Origin: Mobula hypostoma
Lineage: Eukaryota
Assembly (NCBI RefSeq): GCF_963921235.1
Contig: NC_086097.1
Span: forward strand, 113,152,001 to 113,216,000
DNA length: 64,000 nt
Direction: 5' to 3'
A program made the translations under genes and the position numbers. Positions 48,831-60,012 of this stretch are shown piece by piece (the first letter of the stretch is position 1; each line of letters starts with the position of its first letter). Below the pieces are notes generated by a model, which saw only the letters and a list, made by a program, of their open reading frames with translations, made no database searches and was not told where the DNA came from.

Positions 48831-48884
<54 letters not shown>
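48831..48884. repeat. (GT)n microsatellite
   Basis: Perfect GT run. Confidence 0.97.
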
Positions 48885-48886
<2 letters not shown>

Positions 48887-49191
48887 ACAAAATTGACCAT
48901 CTCGTTCTTATCAATTTAGAACTGTATGCATGTTTTACATCCCATGTTCCAAGTTTACTGACACCTTCTTAGATGTTGGAACACTATTTCCTAATTAAGA
49001 AAATGGTTGCCATCTAGTTATTCAAAATTGTGCTTCAGTTCTCTGAGTTCTTCTCTTGCTTGTCCCTGCAGTAGGTCTCTGCATAATGCTGCTTCCTCTC
49101 TCTATCAAAATGTAATTACACTTAATTTTCTTCCTCGGCTATGGCTATGATTTGTAACATGACTTCTGACTTCATATAGTTAGTTACAATG

Positions 49192-49268
49192 AGTAAACCT
49201 TATCAAAGACACCTTATCAAAGTAAACCTTATCAAAGTAAACCTTATCAAAGATACTTTATCAAAGTA
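49192..49268. repeat. 14-15 bp minisatellite, 5 copies (ACCTTATCAAAGTAA)
   Basis: TTATCAAAG occurs five times in tandem. Confidence 0.92.
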
Positions 49269-49789
49269 TATTACATCTACTACATTACCCTTTTCAATTT
49301 TTTTATTGTTTTATGAAAGGATTGAATCAATTTAGCTAGATATACTCTTCCTTGGAATTCTTAACATCTTTTCCAGTTAAGTTACATTTATATTTGACTA
49401 AACATTTTATTACTTTCTACATTGCTGCATTTAACAAATTGCACTGTAATTCTCTGAACTTGTTCAATATCCCTTTTCAAGTGAATAACATTGACTACCA
49501 TTCAGTCTTCTAATACTAAACATTTTTCCAGTGATAAACTTAATAAAATGCAGTTACCTCTTTTTGAGTATATATTATGTAACCCTTCAAGACCATGGGT
49601 TTCACCTTACTGATGACATACAAGGAGGCCATCAAGTTTATGCCAGCTCTCAGAGAAGTCCCACCACCCGCACTATTTTTTACCCATAAACTATCCTCCC
49701 CATAGCCCCATCAGATCTCTTCAGATTTTGCCATTCACCTTCTGTACAGACTTGGAGTATTTTCAATGACAAATTAACCAATCAAAATA

Positions 49790-50190
49790 CCTGTACACAG
49801 GTATACGGCTAAATTAAACAATGTTCCTCCAGACCATGATGCAAAACACAGTACACACAGCACATATAGGTACAATAGCACATGCAGTCATAAAAATAAG
49901 ATTAGCCCAAGTCCCTGAGCAGCATGGCCTGAAGATTGATAGGGCATGGGATTTTGTCCTGGAGCCAAGTTTCTGCAAGAACAAGTACACAGCAGTTCCA
50001 CATTTCGTGCTGGGTCAGCCATAGATGAACACAACCTAGCTTGTCTTCCACAGAGCGAACACTGGAGAGCAGCACCAACAGGAGAGCCGGCCTGCAGGCA
50101 CCAGCCACTCCTCAACCCAGCATGGATCCCAGCGCCCCCACCACACCTCTGTCCTCTCCCACACCACCTTCCCTGGGTGTTCAGCACCTG
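49790..50190 (-). mobile_element. Internally deleted Rex1 derivative: APE N-terminus fused to 3' tail
   Basis: ORF 49902..50108(-) VLLSSVRSVEDKL..CCVLVLAETWLQDKIP (Rex1 NVRSL..ETWL), immediately followed by a tail homologous to 9700-9780. Confidence 0.65.
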
Positions 50191-50904
50191 TATGAGCAAT
50201 AAGCCTGTCACAATGCCACTGAAATGTGCCTATGCTCTCACAACATAGCCAGAACCATTCAGGGACTTACAGGGGGATTGCAGGTGGAGCAGAGATGGAG
50301 GTTGTGCCTAAACCCTGCAACATCTCTGCAATCCCACCTCACAAGTCACCAAACAATCACAATGCTCAACAGTATCTTGCATGGAGATAGCATGCACCAC
50401 CGTCCAACATCCATGCAATCTTAGTGCCACCTTTGACAGTTCATCAACCTTTTGAGACCATCCATGGAAGTTTGCAGGGAAAACCAAGGCATGAGTGAAT
50501 ATATGCCTCACACTCGGTATCTATCTGGCACACCACCATCCTCTATTCTCACACCCACATATTCCACTGCTATTAGTTGTGCTCCTGTCTGCTTGGCAGG
50601 CCACCATATAAAGCATATTTGTCATGACAAAACTAACCATGCACACAGGCACCTGAAACTTGAAGTCAAGCCTAAGTCCATAGTTCCTGATGCTGTCAAT
50701 CATCATTCCTCCTCATGTCCATCAAGATGCTGTGACACAGAGAGGTTCTGCTATCACTGGAATCTCACACTAATCTACCACCATTTTCCCCAACTCACTG
50801 TGTGGCTTCAGTATCAATCTTGAGATAAAAAGGAAGAAACTTTAAACCCTGAAAATCAGGGAACTCATACAAGACATTAGAGCAGGGATTTCTGACTTCA
50901 CCTG

Positions 50905-52735
50905 GTAAATTGGTAAACTGTTTTATTTTAGTCTCATGTACCGGGTACAGAGGAAAATGTCTTACTGTTCCTATAGATCAATTCATTACATCAGTGCATT
51001 GAGGTAAATCAATAACAATAAAGTAGAACAGTTACAAAGGAAGTGCAGTGCAAGGTAGACAATAAGGTACAAGATGATAACTAGGTAATGAGGTAGGTTG
51101 TGATGTCAGGAGTACATCGAATCATAACAGGGAACTAGTCAATAGTAATATTACAGCAGAATGGAAGCTGCTGTTGAGCCTGGTATCTTCTGGTTGATAA
51201 ATGAGGGAAGAAGAGAGAGAGTACAGAGGGGTCAGGTCTTCGATTACGCTGCTGTTTTACCAAGGCAGAGGGAAAAGCACAGTTCATGGAGATGAGGCTA
51301 GTCTCCATGATGAGATGAACTGAGTCCACAACTCTCTGCGGTGTTATGGGGAGAGCAGCTGGCATACCAACCCATGATGCTTTCTAGGGTGCATCAATAA
51401 AAATTAGTGATGGGCGATGGGGACATGGCAAATCTGTTTAGCCTCCAGAGGAAGTAGAGGCACTGATAAGCTTTCTTGGCCATGGCATCCACATAGTTGG
51501 ACCAGAACAAGCTACTGAAGAGTTTCACTCTTAGCATCCTGAAGCTGTCAACCCTCTTGACTTCAGCACCAGTGATGTAAACAGGAGCATGTGCACCACC
51601 CCATGTCCTGAATTCAATGACCAGCTCTTTTGTTTCACTGACATTGACGGAAAAGTGCCATAACATCATTGTCAACACTGGGCTCTCTATTTCCTTCTTG
51701 GACTTTGACTCACCGTTATTTGAGATATGGCCCACAGCAATTGTATCATCTGCATACTTGTAGAGTTAGAGTAGGATTTGACCACACAGTTGTGAGTTTA
51801 TATTGAGTAAAGTGGGGAGCTGAGGACACAAGGTTGTGGGGCATTAGTATTGACGACAATTGTGGCAGAAGTTTTGCTGCCTATCCTAATTGCAGACATG
51901 GATTCAGTTGCAAAGAAAAGTGCTGAGTCCTAGGTCTATGAGTCTGGAGCTCAATTTTCTTGGAATTATACTATTGAAGTCAGAGCTGTGGTCAATAAAC
52001 AATTGCCTAACATCCATCTTTAGTGTCCAGATGTTCCAGGGACAAGTGTAGGGCCAGGGAGATGCTGTCAGACATAGACCTGTTTCAGTGATAGGTGAAT
52101 TGCAACGGTCAAAGTTATCTGGGAGGCTGGAGTTAATGTGTGCCATGACCAGCCTCTCAAAGCTCTTCACGTTGGTAGATGTCAGAGTCACTGCACACCT
52201 TGCTTTTCTTAGGTTTCAGGATGGTAGTCATCTTCTTAAAGCAGCTGGGAACTTCAGAATGAAGCACGAAGAGGCTAAAATTATCTGCAAATAACCCTTG
52301 CACAGAAACTAAGAACGTGATATTTGAAAGCAGCCAGGGTCGCGATCCAGTCTAGATGCTTTCTGTGGATTCACTTTCTGGAAGACTGTGGGTTTGGATG
52401 CATTGCAGGTTGGTGGGCTGGGCACTGACATTTCAATCCCCTTCTGTTCAACGCATGCATAGGACACATTAATTTCATCCAGAAGGGATGTGCTGTTGTC
52501 ATCAATGCAGCCCAACTTCATTTTGTAGACCACCTGATGACTAGTTAGGGACATTTGACTGGCACTGTCTTTTGGCAACCTTGACAACTTTACGATGGTT
52601 GTATCTCAATTTCTTATACAGTTCAGGGTCACCTGATTTAAACACTCCTATCCTAGACTTCAATAAGAAGTGGATCTCCTGGTTCATCCAGGGTTTCCAG
52701 TTTGGGAACATCTGGCTTTCCTTCTTTAGTACACA
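50905..52735 (-). mobile_element. Rex1-clade LINE, degenerate RT region and 3' end
   Basis: FPNWKPWMNQEI, LTSTNVKSFERLVMAHINSSLP, VRQLFIDHSSDFNSIIP, VNVSETKELVIEFR, AKKAYQCLYFLWRL. Confidence 0.88.
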
Positions 52736-52969
52736 TGGACAGTTTAGGAAAAGGGGAAAGTGATACATGGCGGAAAATCATGTCTTCCCCTACCTGTGAA
52801 TATGATAACTTGGATCAAACAATGGACTTGCCACCACATCCTGCCATCAATAAATATTCTGTGAAGATTTCTGTGCATTAAATATCCACCAAGTGGCTTA
52901 TGAATCATAACTCAGATTACAAATGTTGCTCCTATCATATCTATGAAATAGTTTATTAATATTAATAAC

Positions 52970-53110
52970 TCTCCCACATTTTATGCTGGTGTCTTCCTCC
53001 TTCCTTCCTAGTCCTGAAGATGTGTCTCAGTCTGAAACATTGACTGTCTATCCAATTCCATGGATACTGCCTGACCTGCTGAGTTCCTCTGACATATTGT
53101 GTATGTTGCT
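52970..53110 (+). mobile_element. PLE terminal-repeat fragment; hammerhead core intact, stem II decayed
   Basis: AGTC-CTGAAGA-TGTGTCTCAGTCT-GAAAC-ATT-GACT at 53010-53045. Confidence 0.75.
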
Positions 53111-53296
53111 TTTTATTAAAGTCAACTATCTTTCCCAATTTTAGTTTAAACATCTTGATATTTTTTCTATTCATCTTATGAATTGTACACCCCTCATAAT
53201 TTTCCAAGTAAATATATTGACCACTGGTTCCAGATTCCTCAGCCAAATGAAATATCTCTCTTGCATCTAGTCCATCAAAGCCTTTAAGGATCTTGC

Positions 53297-53430
53297 AAGT
53301 CAAGTCAAAGTATATTTATTATCAAAGTATTTATACTTTATGCAACCTTGACATTCATATTCTTACAGGCAGCTACAAAACAAAAGAAGGTTGTCTAACA
53401 CCCAATGTGCAGAGAAAAAAAAGAAAAAAA
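53297..53430 (-). mobile_element. Rex1-related 3' tail
   Basis: CAAGTCAAGTCAAAGTATATTTATTATCAAAGT..CAACCTTGACATTCA..ACAGGCAGC. Confidence 0.6.
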
Positions 53431-53619
53431 ATGTTAATGAAAACTCAGATTTGTCTGAAGTCTAGAGAACACATTTCTGTCTACTCTGTCTCTTGACATG
53501 AAAACAGCAGTCTCACATCCCACCATCTCTGGAGATAGGGAAGTCAATCTTTGCTACACTTCCACTATGCACAGTACATCCTTCTTTTGGTAAGGAGGTC
53601 AAAACTGTACACTTGGAGA

Positions 53620-55385
53620 TATGGCCTCTTGACATGAAACTATGTGGTAGAATGGTCCAGAGAACTAAGGTACAGGGGATCTGACATGTGTTGGCAAATT
53701 GAATCCACAGTTGGCTTGTGAAAAGAGACACAGGGTAGTGGTGGGTGCGTGTTTCTTCTGATTGGAAGTTAGAATTGTGCTGGATCTTTTGTTGTTTGTA
53801 AAGTGACTTAGATGAGCATGTAAGTGGTCTGATTATGAAGTCTGCAGACAACACTTAATTATTCAAGTCAAAGATAGTGAAAAAGATTGCCTGAGGGTAC
53901 AGTAGAAGATCAGTCAGCTGCAAAGCTGGGCAGACTAGTGGCAAATGGAATTTAGTCTAGCCAAGTTTGGTGATATACATATAAGTTAAATTCTTCTGGG
54001 GCATATAGAGCAAATGGTACAGAATGTAGAAGCAAGGTATGTAGAAGGACCTTGAAGCACAAGTCCATAGCGTGATGGTGGTATGAATAGCTAAGGTATG
54101 CTTGCCTTCATTAACTGTGTTGGGACATCACGTTCAGAGTTCAGAGTAAATTTACTATCAAAGTACATATATATCACCATATGGAACCCTAAGATTTTTT
54201 GTGGATATTCACGGTAAATCAAAGAAACATAATAGAAGCAATGAAAAAACACACAAAACAAGTTGGACAAACCACCAGTGTGCTAAGGACAACCAGCTGT
54301 CTGGCCCAGATGCTTTCCATGAGTTCACCCTGCTGAAGGGTGCTCTCATGTCAGCCTCAGAGACTGAAGTCAAAGGGTCGTTGAGGGAGTAGGGAGTTCA
54401 TGAAGCTGCCTCCATGTTTTGTCAGTCAAAGCAAGCATAAAAGGCATTGAGCTCATCTGGGTGTGAAAACTTGTCACATATATCACTTGGTTTTACTTTA
54501 GAGTAGATAACAGCACTCAAGCAGTGCCAATGCTGTCAAGCATCCTTCTGTGATTCCATTTTGATGCAGAATTGCCACTTTGCATATGAGGTGACCTTGT
54601 GGTGGTCATACCCAGACCTCTTGTATTTAATTGGTCACTAGTCCTAAACGCCACTGATCTGACCCGCAGCAGATTACATATCTCTCAGCTCATTCAGGTC
54701 TTCTAGTTGTGGAAGACTCTAAATGATTGTGTGGGGACACAATCAGGTTGCAGCTTCAAAACATTGTTTAGACTTTATTCGACTGAGTGCAGAACTGACC
54801 ACCAAACTCTAGGAAAAATATGGCAGCAATAGAGAGAGTGCAGAAGAGGTTCATTGGGTGGTCACATGGAATGGAGGGCTGTTGTTATAAGGGGAGAGTA
54901 GATAGGCTGGGTTTTCTCTCCCTGGGATGGAGGGCTGTCATTATTAGGAGAGATTAGATAGGCTGGGTTTTCTCTCCCTGGAATGGAGGGCTGTCGTTAT
55001 TAGGAGAGATTAGATAGGCTGGGTTTTCTCTCTCTGGAATAGAGGGGGCTAAGTGGAAACCTTATGGAGATCTCTAAAATCATGTGAGGCAGAGAAAATA
55101 TAGCTAGTGTGAGCCTTTTTCTGAGGGCAAGGGAGAAGAACAGGTTTATGGTGAGAAGGGAGAAATTAAATGGAATGAGAGGTAGTTTTTTTTTAACAAA
55201 GAGGTTGATGGTTTTCTAGAATGAGCTACCAGAGAGGTGGTAGAGAATGACAAAGTGACAATGTTTAAAAGGTATTTGCAGAGGCACTAAGGAATATAGG
55301 CATAGTGCAGGCATAGGTAGACATCACAGTTGCTGTGGACATGGTGAACTATGGGAGTAATTTCTTTGCTATGCAATTCTACAAA
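53620..55385 (+). mobile_element. Old CR1 RT and 3' end, interrupted by Rex-derived pieces (~54133-54745)
   Basis: AAGTCTGCAGACAACAC (K.AD.T), TGGCAAATGGAATTT (WQMEF), GAGAGAGTGCAGAAGAGGTTCA (ERVQKRF); heavily decayed. Confidence 0.7.
54867..55047 (+). repeat. 56-bp tandem triplication inside CR1
   Basis: Unit TGGAATGGAGGGCTGT..GATAGGCTGGGTTTTCTCTCCC starting at 54867, 54923 and 54979, with a partial fourth at 55035. Confidence 0.92.
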
Positions 55386-56127
55386 CATGACAATATTTCA
55401 AGTATAGTCTAACTTAAATAATTGAACTAAGATTTCTTTACCCTTTCATAATAAGGCAAAGGTTCAAAGTACTGTAGTGCTCAGGGGAGGATGGGGGGTT
55501 TGTGGTCGACAGTCATAGTAGCCAGTACTATCTAAAAATGCTTTCATGGTGGGATGTTCATCTTGATCTATTGTTACATTTTAGCTTGGGTACACAATTA
55601 TTCACTTGTGTGTTTGTGGGTGACCCTGACTGTAATAATCACCTCGCCGGTCTGTATGTGACTGAGAAGGTTCTGTCCCCGGGTCACAGTGCCTGGTCTG
55701 TTTTTGTGCTTATTGCAACAAACATGGCTGTTGAGTAAAATGGGTTTTCTTGCCTGTCATCATGGACAGAATGCTCGCCATATTTGTGTCAAGAGTAAGT
55801 AGAAATTGATGGCGAGATTAAAGAGCTACAACATCAGATGAAGCACCTTACGACTCGGCGAATAAGTCAAGGGACAGCATCCACGGGTTGGGCTCTCGAA
55901 GTTGGGACGCCATCCCGGAGAGAAGACCCGAGACCCGAGCATGGTGCCTTCCCATAATTACCTTGTCTCCCTACCATGTTTCATTTCCCAATAGGAGATC
56001 TGTCTCGGAATGAGACTTCTATGTCCTGAAATGTGCTCCTCGAACACATTTGACAAACTCTTTTCAATCCATCCCTTTTATACAATGTTAGTCCAACCGA
56101 TAACTGGAAAGTTAAAATCACCCACCA

Positions 56128-56275
56128 CCACAAGAAAATCTGCAGATGCTGGAAATTCAATCAAAAAATGCTGGTGAACGCAGCAGGTCAGGCAGCACCT
56201 ATAGGAAGAAGTATAGTCGATGTTTCGGGCCCAGTCCCTTCATCAGGACTAACTGAAAGAAGAGATAGTAAGAGA
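56128..56275 (-). mobile_element. PLE terminal repeat (same subfamily as 30193-30412) inserted in decayed CR1(-)
   Basis: CACAAGAAAATCTGCAGATGCTGGAAATTCAA..GCAGCAGGTCAGGCAGCACCTATAGGAAG..CATCAGGACTAACTGAAAGAAGAGATAGTAAGAGAT. Confidence 0.85.
56214..56251 (-). ncRNA. Minimal type I hammerhead ribozyme motif with all core nucleotides
   Basis: Minus strand UAGUC CUGAUGA A GGG ACUGGG CCC GAAA CA UC GACUA: 5-bp stem I, CUGAUGA core, 3-bp stem II, GAAA, vestigial stem III, UC cleavage site. Confidence 0.8.
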
Positions 56276-57087
56276 TCTTGCTTTTCTTTCTGTGCACCAA
56301 AGTGGATGACATCACATTTTTCTATCTACGATGTTTTGATTCACACACTCAACTTGTATATATTGCCCCTTCTCCCGTGTCAGCAAAGCCTCTTTACATT
56401 TTTTTGTACTCAAAATTCCACCTAGCTTAGTATCATAGTAAACTTCCAAATACGGCATTTGAGAAAGATTGCAAGTAGCTGGGACTGGAGTACCAATGCC
56501 AGCAGTATACCTGCCCTGCAAGTTCCCATTATAAATTCTCCAGTCTTCGTGTAAAAGTGACCCACATTTGCCCTCACTAACCCTTACCATTTTATATAGC
56601 AAACAGATTTTTTACAGTATGTCCTTATGTGTCTTGTCCTCGACTCTCATATTCCACCTTCCATTTTTTAATCAATTTTTTGATCCTCCTTCATCAAGTT
56701 CTAAAATGCTTCCAATTTTCAAGCTTAAACTATTTCTAGCGATTTATAAGCTTTTGATTTAATGCTATATATAATTTTTCTTGTCAGCTACAAATGAGTC
56801 ACTTTTCCTTTTGTATTTTTCTGTCTTAAGGGATTTTCCTTTGCCATTTCTGTGTTATTTCAAATGCTAAACACTGCCTAAGCACCTTCACACCTCTCAT
56901 TTCCTACTCTACCAAAGCTAACACTTGATTCTTTATAATTACGTTTTCCCCTACTTTTAGACTGAATCATACTTCCAAATTCAATGCAAATCCAAGCATG
57001 TTTCTTCAATTATTATCATTACTGTACCTTTCATATTTGTTAACAGAACAATTTTGTAGTTCCTCTTCTTTCATATGGTTTTATATA

Positions 57088-58284
57088 CACTCAGTGGCGG
57101 CTTTATTAGGTACCTCCAGTACATTATAAAGTGGCCACTGAGCGTATGCTTGTGGTCTTCTGATCCTGTAGCCCATCCACTTTAAGGTTCAATGTATTGT
57201 GCATTCAAAGATGCTCTTCTGCACACCAGTGTTGTAACACGTGGTTATTTGAGTTACTGTTGCCTTCCTGTCAGCTTGAACCAGTCTGGATTTTCTCTTT
57301 TGACCGCTCTCATTAACAAGTGATTTGCCACTCACTGTATGTTTCTTTTTTACCACCGCACCATTCTCTGTAAACTTTCTAGAGACTGTTGTGTGTGAAA
57401 ATCTAAGGGGATCAGCATTTTCTGAGATACTCGAACCTCCAGTACCTTATAAAGTGGCCACTGAGTGTATGTTCATGGCTTTCTGCTGCTGTAGCCCACC
57501 ACTTCAAGTTTTGACATGTGTATTCAGAGATGCTCTTCTGCACACCACTGTTTTTAAGATTAAAGTCTGTGACGAGCCTTATGGCCCATCAGGCCAGTGC
57601 TTATGCCGGTTTCCGTGACGTGAAGCAACTGAGAGTACGAGACTCTCCCCCCGCCCCACCCCCCCGGATAGGACACCAGTCTATCGTGAGGTTAACCCCC
57701 AGCATTTTTACCGGTACCCATTCTCAGCTGGGTAGACTGAAGCATTGTGTGGTTAAGTGCCTTGCTCAAGGATACACACGCTGCCCCGGCCGAGGCTTGA
57801 ACCCATGGGTTCGCTAGTCCAATGCCCTAACCACTTGGCCACGTGCCACACACACATCACTGTTGTAACACATCGTTATTTGAGTTACTGTCACCCTCCT
57901 GTCAGCTTGAACCAACCTGGTCATTTTCCACTGACTTCTCTTATTAACAAATTTTTTTTCCGCCACAGAACTACCACTTACTGGATTTTTTTTTCCTTTT
58001 GTTTTTGCACCATTCTCTGTAAACTCTGAAGACTGTGTTGTGCGTGGAAATTCCAGGACATCAGCAGTTTCTGAGATACTCAAACCACCCCACCTGGCAC
58101 CAACAAGCATTCCACAGTCAAAGTCACTTAGATCACATTTTTTCGCATTCTAATGTTTGGTCTGAACAATAACTGGGCCTCTTGATCATGTCTGCATGCT
58201 TTTATGCATTGAGTTGCTGCCACATGACTGATCTTCATTAACAAGCAGATGTACAGGTGTAACTAATAAAGTGCCCACTAAGGA
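57088..58284 (-). mobile_element. Non-autonomous Tc1 derivative with an internal tandem duplication
   Basis: TA|CACTCAGTGGC..TTTATTAGGTAC at left; inverted copies ending at 57144, 57467 and ~58284. Minus ORF MLVGARWGGLSISETADVLEFPRTT..RLVQADRRVTVTQIT is a Tc1 DNA-binding domain; no DDE domain. Confidence 0.85.
57553..57852 (-). mobile_element. tRNA-derived SINE with CORE-like and V-like central parts
   Basis: Minus strand: A-box TGGCCAAGTGG, B-box GGTTCAAGCC, CCTTGAGCAAGGCACTTAACC..CAGTCTACCCAGCTGAGAATGGG. TSD CACACCACTGTT(57541-52)/CACATCACTGTT(57853-64). Confidence 0.85.
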
Positions 58285-58869
58285 TAGATGCTCATATTCA
58301 AAAATAGGCTCTTTTGAATTTGCAAGCCTCGCACTTAAACTCAGTACTGTCATATGTTTCTGATAGAGTTGTTGTCTTGAAGCTTACCTGTTTCTTCCTC
58401 CAAAGACCCTGCCCGACTTTTTTGATATTTCCAGCAATTGCCGTTTTATTTCGTGATCCAATATCCACTAGTAAAGCCATCATGGTAGACAGAGGAGGAT
58501 GGTGGATCCATTGCCACTCTGGGATGAGTAAACTAAGAGCCCTGTTGTTACAGTGAGCCTTTTGAACAAAATCCTCTCCCCCACCCAAACTCCCATCCCC
58601 CAGCATGCAAAGTTAGCTTCATCACTGCTAATGTTGGTTGTATTTTGTCTTTGGAAATAATTAATGTTTATTCAGATTTTAAAATGAACAATCGAATACA
58701 ACAGAGTAACATTAAAAATAAGGCCAAAGTGATGTACAATAAATTGAAATGAGTTGGTAAGCAGAATAACTGACAGTGGAGATTTTCACTTATTTCAGCA
58801 TTCTGTACGCAAATACAGATGACAGAATAAATAATATTCTAATTGAAAATTAGTAAATACAGACTTGCC

Positions 58870-59430
58870 AAACGTAGGCCCTCCATTGATCAGGGTCGGT
58901 CATGGATGCTACATCTTTGCTGTCTATGCAAGTCAGGGCAGTATGATATGGAGAGCAGACTGTTGCCCAAGTCACAGGCTCCTCCTCTCCATGTAGCTGA
59001 TGAATCCAAAGGAACGGCAGAGACCGATACAGTTTGGCACCAGTGGCTTTGCAGGAGCTGCCAGTCAGGGTTGAACTCAACGTAGGACTGCCTTAGGGAC
59101 TCCGGCTCTGGATTTTTTCCTCAGCACTTACTCCCAAAGACTTCCCCAAGGAAGCGGAGGTTTGGGATCAGAGTTTTCCTTCTCCAAGATGAGCTGTCAG
59201 TCATGAGCTGCCTGAAGCGACTGGTTTTAAGGTGCCAGTAACCTGCCTTTGGCCCTTCTCCTGTCAGTAGACACCAGGTTTAGTAGCTAAGCCACATGTA
59301 AAGGCCAGGAGCTGGACCTGGTTGTCAGAGGCTATTTCAGATGCATGCTGTTGGGAGCATTGAATAGGTAGTGGGAGCTTATTCCCACTTACCCCACTCC
59401 CCGCCCCCGGCTATGACAACCTTAAGGGAC
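58870..59430 (-). mobile_element. Non-autonomous RTE-derived retroposon with an HDV-like ribozyme candidate
   Basis: Minus strand has GGAGAAGGAAAACTCTGATCCCAAACC (motif shared with 12102-12677) and CTCCTG-GCC-TTTACATGT-GGC...CTGA-CAGGAG. Confidence 0.65.
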
Positions 59431-59741
59431 CAAGTTTGCTGATAAAAAAAATTACTGATTCATGCTATGGGAGAACTAAGAACATATGAAATAGAAGCAA
59501 CAATTGGTGATCTATCCCAAATACCTTGTCCACAATTCAGTAAAATCACACTGATCCTTTATCTCAATCTAACCTAACCACAGGTGCTTTGATTTCCTTA
59601 TTACCTATGTAACAGGAACATGAAAGAAAGAAAATATTCTAAGAAATATAACATTAACTCCACAAGGGAAACCAACTAGATTCAGTATCTGTGAAAGAGT
59701 AGTAATTGTGATAAGATTGAAGGCTGAATACTTATCAGGAT

Positions 59742-60012
59742 TTTTATTTATTTATCGAGCTACAGTATGGTACAGTAAGCTTCCAACCCTCCAATCCATG
59801 CCGCCCTGCAATCCCTGACCTAACCCTAACCTAATCATGGGGCAATTCACAATGACCTATTAACCTACCAACCGGTATCTCCTTGTTTGGGACGAAACCC
59901 ATGTGGTCACGAGGAGAATATACAACGTCCTTACAGGCAGTGACGGGAATTGAACCTGGGTCACCTGTACTGTGAAGTGCTGTACTAACCACTATACTAC
60001 CCCGCCGCCCAC
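59742..60012 (-). mobile_element. tRNA-derived V-SINE
   Basis: Minus strand GGCGGCGGGGTAGTATAGTGGTTAGTACAGCAC..GGTTCAATTCCCGTCACTGCCTGTAAGGA..; tail (TAAA)n. Confidence 0.8.

Noticed and set aside
57570..57620. GGAAAC..CTGATGGG in the SINE tail as a possible hammerhead
   Set aside because: Core is CUGAUGG and the order of elements lacks the UH site and stem I required for any hammerhead topology.
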